This document shows, piece by piece, positions 61,113 through 64,000 of a DNA stretch of 64,000 bases (position 1 is its first letter; every line of letters starts with the position of its first letter). A model generated the notes under the pieces. That model saw only the letters and a list, made by a program, of their open reading frames with translations, was not told where the DNA came from and ran no database searches. The DNA lies in the NCBI GenBank assembly GCA_017480385.1, contig JAFVAT010000028.1:69936-133935 (forward strand), read 5' to 3'. This DNA comes from Alphaproteobacteria bacterium (GTDB lineage: Bacteria > Pseudomonadota > Alphaproteobacteria > CAAGCB01 > CAG-977). The position numbers and the translations under genes were made by a program.

Positions 61113-61946
61113 ATGGCCGACATCCATCAAAAACAAGAAAAATTAAAACAATACCTTAAAGAGTTGGGCAGCGTCGCCGTTGCTTTTTCCTCCGGCGTGG
61201 ATTCAACCTTTCTGCTCAAAACGGCGCATGATGTTTTAGGAGACAAAGTCATTGCCGTAACGGCTTCCTCCTGTTCTTTTCCGCAAAGAGAATTAAATGA
61301 AGCCGTCGAATTTTGCAAAAAGGAGGGCATTAAACACGTTCTTGTCAAATCCGAAGAGCTGAACATCGAGGGTTTTCGTCAAAATCCGAAAAACAGGTGC
61401 TATTTGTGCAAATCGGAACTGTTCCGGGAAATTATAGATGTGGCCCAAAAGAACGGCATTGAAAATATCGCGGAAGGCTCCAATATGGACGATAATGGCG
61501 ATTATCGCCCCGGGCTGCAGGCCGTTGCGGAACTGGGGATTAAGAGCCCCCTGCGCGCGGCGGAATTAAACAAAACGGAAATTCGCCTGCTGTCCAAAGA
61601 ACTGGACCTGCCGACGTGGGACAAGCAGTCCTTTGCCTGTCTGTCTTCCCGCTTTGTCTACGGGGAAACAATCACCGAAGAAAAGCTCAAAATGGTGGAT
61701 CAGGCCGAACAGCTGCTGCTGGATCTGGGTTTTCATCAGTTGCGGGTCAGAATACATGGAAAAATGGCGCGCATAGAGCTGAAACCGGAGGAATTTGAAC
61801 GGTTAATCGAAAAACAAACAAGAGAAAAAGTTGTTTCGGAATTTAAAAAGTTCGGTTTTACCTATATTTCCATGGACTTAATCGGTTACCGCACCGGCAG
61901 CATGAACGAAACGCTGCCGCAGACAAATAAAGGAACGCCGGCCTGA
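61113..61946 (+). CDS. larE: PP-loop ATP pyrophosphatase, LarE-like (ATP-dependent sacrificial sulfur transferase family)
   Basis: PP-loop AFSSGVDST and conserved CYLCK. Start taken at MADIHQ with GAGGAA SD. Confidence 0.65.
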   Translation: MADIHQKQEKLKQYLKELGSVAVAFSSGVDSTFLLKTAHDVLGDKVIAVTASSCSFPQRELNEAVEFCKKEGIKHVLVKSEELNIEGFRQNPKNRCYLCKSELFREIIDVAQKNGIENIAEGSNMDDNGDYRPGLQAVAELGIKSPLRAAELNKTEIRLLSKELDLPTWDKQSFACLSSRFVYGETITEEKLKMVDQAEQLLLDLGFHQLRVRIHGKMARIELKPEEFERLIEKQTREKVVSEFKKFGFTYISMDLIGYRTGSMNETLPQTNKGTPA

Positions 61947-61952
61947 CCGGTT

Positions 61953-63662
61953 TTATTCTTTATACGCATCAAAGCTTAAATGGAAAGTCGTTCCCCGACC
62001 AACCGTACTTTCAACGGAAATGGTTCCGTTATAATTTTCAACAATTGTCTTGACGATTGACAATCCCAGTCCGGTGCCTTCATTTTTGTCCTGATTGGCA
62101 TTTTTAGAAAAAAACGGTTCAAAAATACGGGATATGTTTTCGGCTTCTATCCCGACGCCTGTATCCGAAAAATCAACGTTTACCCTTTCGTTTTCCATGA
62201 ATACATTGATATTCATCTTTCCGCCGTCCGGCATCGCATGAAAAGCGTTTTGCATCAAATTCACAACAACCATGCGCATTTCCGCGTCTGCCGCAGAAAT
62301 CACGACCGGTTTATCGGCTTCCTGCACCGTCACCTCTACGCCCGTTTTTTTTGCTTCATATTCCAACAAACTGGCCGTTTCTGAAATAACTTCGTTCAAA
62401 TCAACAGGACGGCTTTCTCTTTCCGGCTTTCTGGATAATTTCAATAACCGGGAAGTCACATTAATGCATAACGAAATCTGATCATTGACCAAAGCCAAAT
62501 AATGCCGCAAATCTTCTGTCTTCAGCATCTTTTTGCCGTCTATCTTACCCAGAATATTTTCCAAAATCAGCCGCACGGAACCTAACGGGTTGCGCATCTC
62601 ATGCGCAACGGAACTGGCCAGCATGCCGACCGCCGATAATTTTTGCTGATGTGACAACAAAATCGCCTTATCCAGAGGACGGACCAATTCAATGACCCAC
62701 AAAACTTCCCCTTCTGCCGTTTGATGACGAAACGCCGCTGCGGAAACTTCGACAAACTTTTCACGTCCTTCTTTATCCGCATACCGCTGAATAATATTAA
62801 TCGGCACATTGGGATTTTCTTTGAGCAAGGCCAATGTACACGGGTGCTGAGCCGCAGAGCACGGGCAAGAATTTCCATAAACTTCAAAACACTTTTTATG
62901 TTCGGTCGCCTGTGTATTTTGATATATTTTGCTATAAAAAGAATTCATCAAAATAATGTTGTAATTTTCATCTAAAACGCGGACGCCGTCCGGAATACTG
63001 TCGATCAGATTTTGCAAAAAATCTCTGCTTTCATTTATATCCCGAACATAATTTTCAATATCCTCCGCCATTTTATTAAAGTCTCTGGCCAAAATGTCCA
63101 ATTCATTATTCTGCGATAATTTAGGCTTTACAGCGACGCGGAATCCCAACTCTCCGGAAGAAATGCGGTGCGTAGCTTCCAACAATTGTTCAATCGGGCG
63201 CAAAACCCACTGGCGGATAATCAGCCATAACAGCTCCAAAATCACAAAAACCAACAAAAACGCAGATAAAACAAAGTACCCCAAAACGCGGATTTTATTA
63301 TCGCGTTCTCTGCCCCCTTTTATATCCTTCAGCAATTCCTTCCGTAATTCGAGATTGCGGTCTTCCTGCGTTTTCAAGGCGAATGTATATCCCTGATCCT
63401 CCCACAATTTTGTAAAACTGTCAGATCCTTTGAAATGCTGTTTTTGCTGAAGTTGGGAAAGCGCTTTTCTCAGCTGTTCATTTTCGTTGTACAGTTCGTA
63501 TAAAGATTCCGCCTTTTTGCGAACGGCGATCCGTTCCTGATCCAACTGTCCCACATAACTGACCATAAAAGTTGAAAGGAAAAGGGTAAATATGGCGGAA
63601 ACGCTCAGAAATAAGAATAAGAAGATTTTTGCGTTCAGGCTAAAGAAATATTTTTTTTTCAT
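61953..63662 (-). CDS. sensor histidine kinase (TM-HAMP-PAS-HisKA-HATPase)
   Basis: H-box HEMRNPLGS; N-box NLMQNAFHAM; G-boxes DTGVGI and GTGLGLSIVK; two TM segments at the N-terminus. Confidence 0.85.
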   Translation of the reverse strand: MKKKYFFSLNAKIFLFLFLSVSAIFTLFLSTFMVSYVGQLDQERIAVRKKAESLYELYNENEQLRKALSQLQQKQHFKGSDSFTKLWEDQGYTFALKTQEDRNLELRKELLKDIKGGRERDNKIRVLGYFVLSAFLLVFVILELLWLIIRQWVLRPIEQLLEATHRISSGELGFRVAVKPKLSQNNELDILARDFNKMAEDIENYVRDINESRDFLQNLIDSIPDGVRVLDENYNIILMNSFYSKIYQNTQATEHKKCFEVYGNSCPCSAAQHPCTLALLKENPNVPINIIQRYADKEGREKFVEVSAAAFRHQTAEGEVLWVIELVRPLDKAILLSHQQKLSAVGMLASSVAHEMRNPLGSVRLILENILGKIDGKKMLKTEDLRHYLALVNDQISLCINVTSRLLKLSRKPERESRPVDLNEVISETASLLEYEAKKTGVEVTVQEADKPVVISAADAEMRMVVVNLMQNAFHAMPDGGKMNINVFMENERVNVDFSDTGVGIEAENISRIFEPFFSKNANQDKNEGTGLGLSIVKTIVENYNGTISVESTVGRGTTFHLSFDAYKE

Positions 63663-63725
63663 GCAAAACCCGTTGTCAAAGGAGCCTTCCTTTATTGTGC
63701 CTGTTCGGATAAAAAATGCAAGCTT

Positions 63726-64000
63726 TTAGAAAATATCTCGTTTTTCTGCCGTTTTCCATTGCCCCGGTTGCAGTCCATCCAAAATCAGGCGCCCGATTGA
63801 TATGCGGATCAGGCGCAAAGTCGGGAAACCGACGGCGGCTGTCATATGACGCACCTGTCTGTTTTTTCCTTCCGTCAAGGTCAGCTTAACCCATGAAGTG
63901 GGAATATTTTTTCGAAAACGGATCGGCGGCACGCGTTCCGGAAAATCCGGCGGTTCTGTCATTTCGGCCAAACAGGGTCTTGTTTTATAGCCCTTAATGA
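63726..64000 (-). CDS. pseudouridine synthase (RsuA/RluB/E-family), C-terminal part; gene continues past window end
   Basis: [26 protein letters not shown] block. The reading frame stays open to position 64000; the ORF-track M at 63971 is a TTG. Confidence 0.55.
   Translation of the reverse strand, partial: IKGYKTRPCLAEMTEPPDFPERVPPIRFRKNIPTSWVKLTLTEGKNRQVRHMTAAVGFPTLRLIRISIGRLILDGLQPGQWKTAEKRDIF

Overview
Bacterial chromosomal segment of roughly 50% GC in the core genes, interrupted by several AT-rich accessory islets. The phylum is unclear; Shine-Dalgarno-like sites are present, and a class I LysRS plus DapL point to a host-associated anaerobe, possibly spirochaete-like, at low confidence. 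Core genes are: an ATP synthase operon in the N-ATPase-style order atpD-atpC-atpQ-like-atpR-like-atpB (window start to 3.2 kb, minus strand); a Clp/Hsp100-like ATPase; dapL-dapF; gltX; a DinG-family helicase; class I lysyl-tRNA synthetase; tRNA-Leu(CAA); and from 50.9 kb onward a run of metabolic and regulatory genes (nucleoside phosphorylase, two GNATs, an ankyrin-repeat exported protein, glutathione peroxidase, an aldo/keto reductase with a ferredoxin domain, a DdpX-like M15 peptidase, LarE-like PP-loop ATPase, a histidine kinase). Accessory content is dense and mostly defence-related. (i) An AT-rich islet at 9.6-13.3 kb holds two tandem paralogous lipoproteins and a RhuM-family gene; the RhuM cassette sits between the helicase gene's 3' end and a degenerate downstream copy of that same end. 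(ii) At 16.2-22.5 kb there is a DUF4143 ATPase, a three-gene Type II RM operon with two overlapping D12-class (Dam-like) N6-adenine MTases and an endonuclease, and an Abi_2-family gene bracketed by 56-bp direct repeats. (iii) A 14-C homopolymer lies upstream of a secreted cysteine-rich repeat protein and is a candidate phase-variation switch. (iv) From tRNA-Leu to about 48.8 kb runs a ~21 kb defence island: Type III RM (mod/res); a 2-TM hypothetical; an AAA_21 ATPase plus a small Cys-containing partner; and a co-directional Type I RM array hsdM-RhuM/Fic-DUF4143 ATPase-three small genes-hsdS-two hypotheticals-hsdR, ending in a decayed tyrosine-integrase pseudogene. (v) At 49.0-50.5 kb an extremely AT-rich two-gene operon encodes a minimal Pol-beta/CD-NTase-like nucleotidyltransferase overlapping a predicted PD-(D/E)xK nuclease. 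This is my best candidate for an undescribed system. No CRISPR array, rRNA or intact transposase was seen. All calls rest on reading the sequence and ORF translations by eye; no database search was possible.
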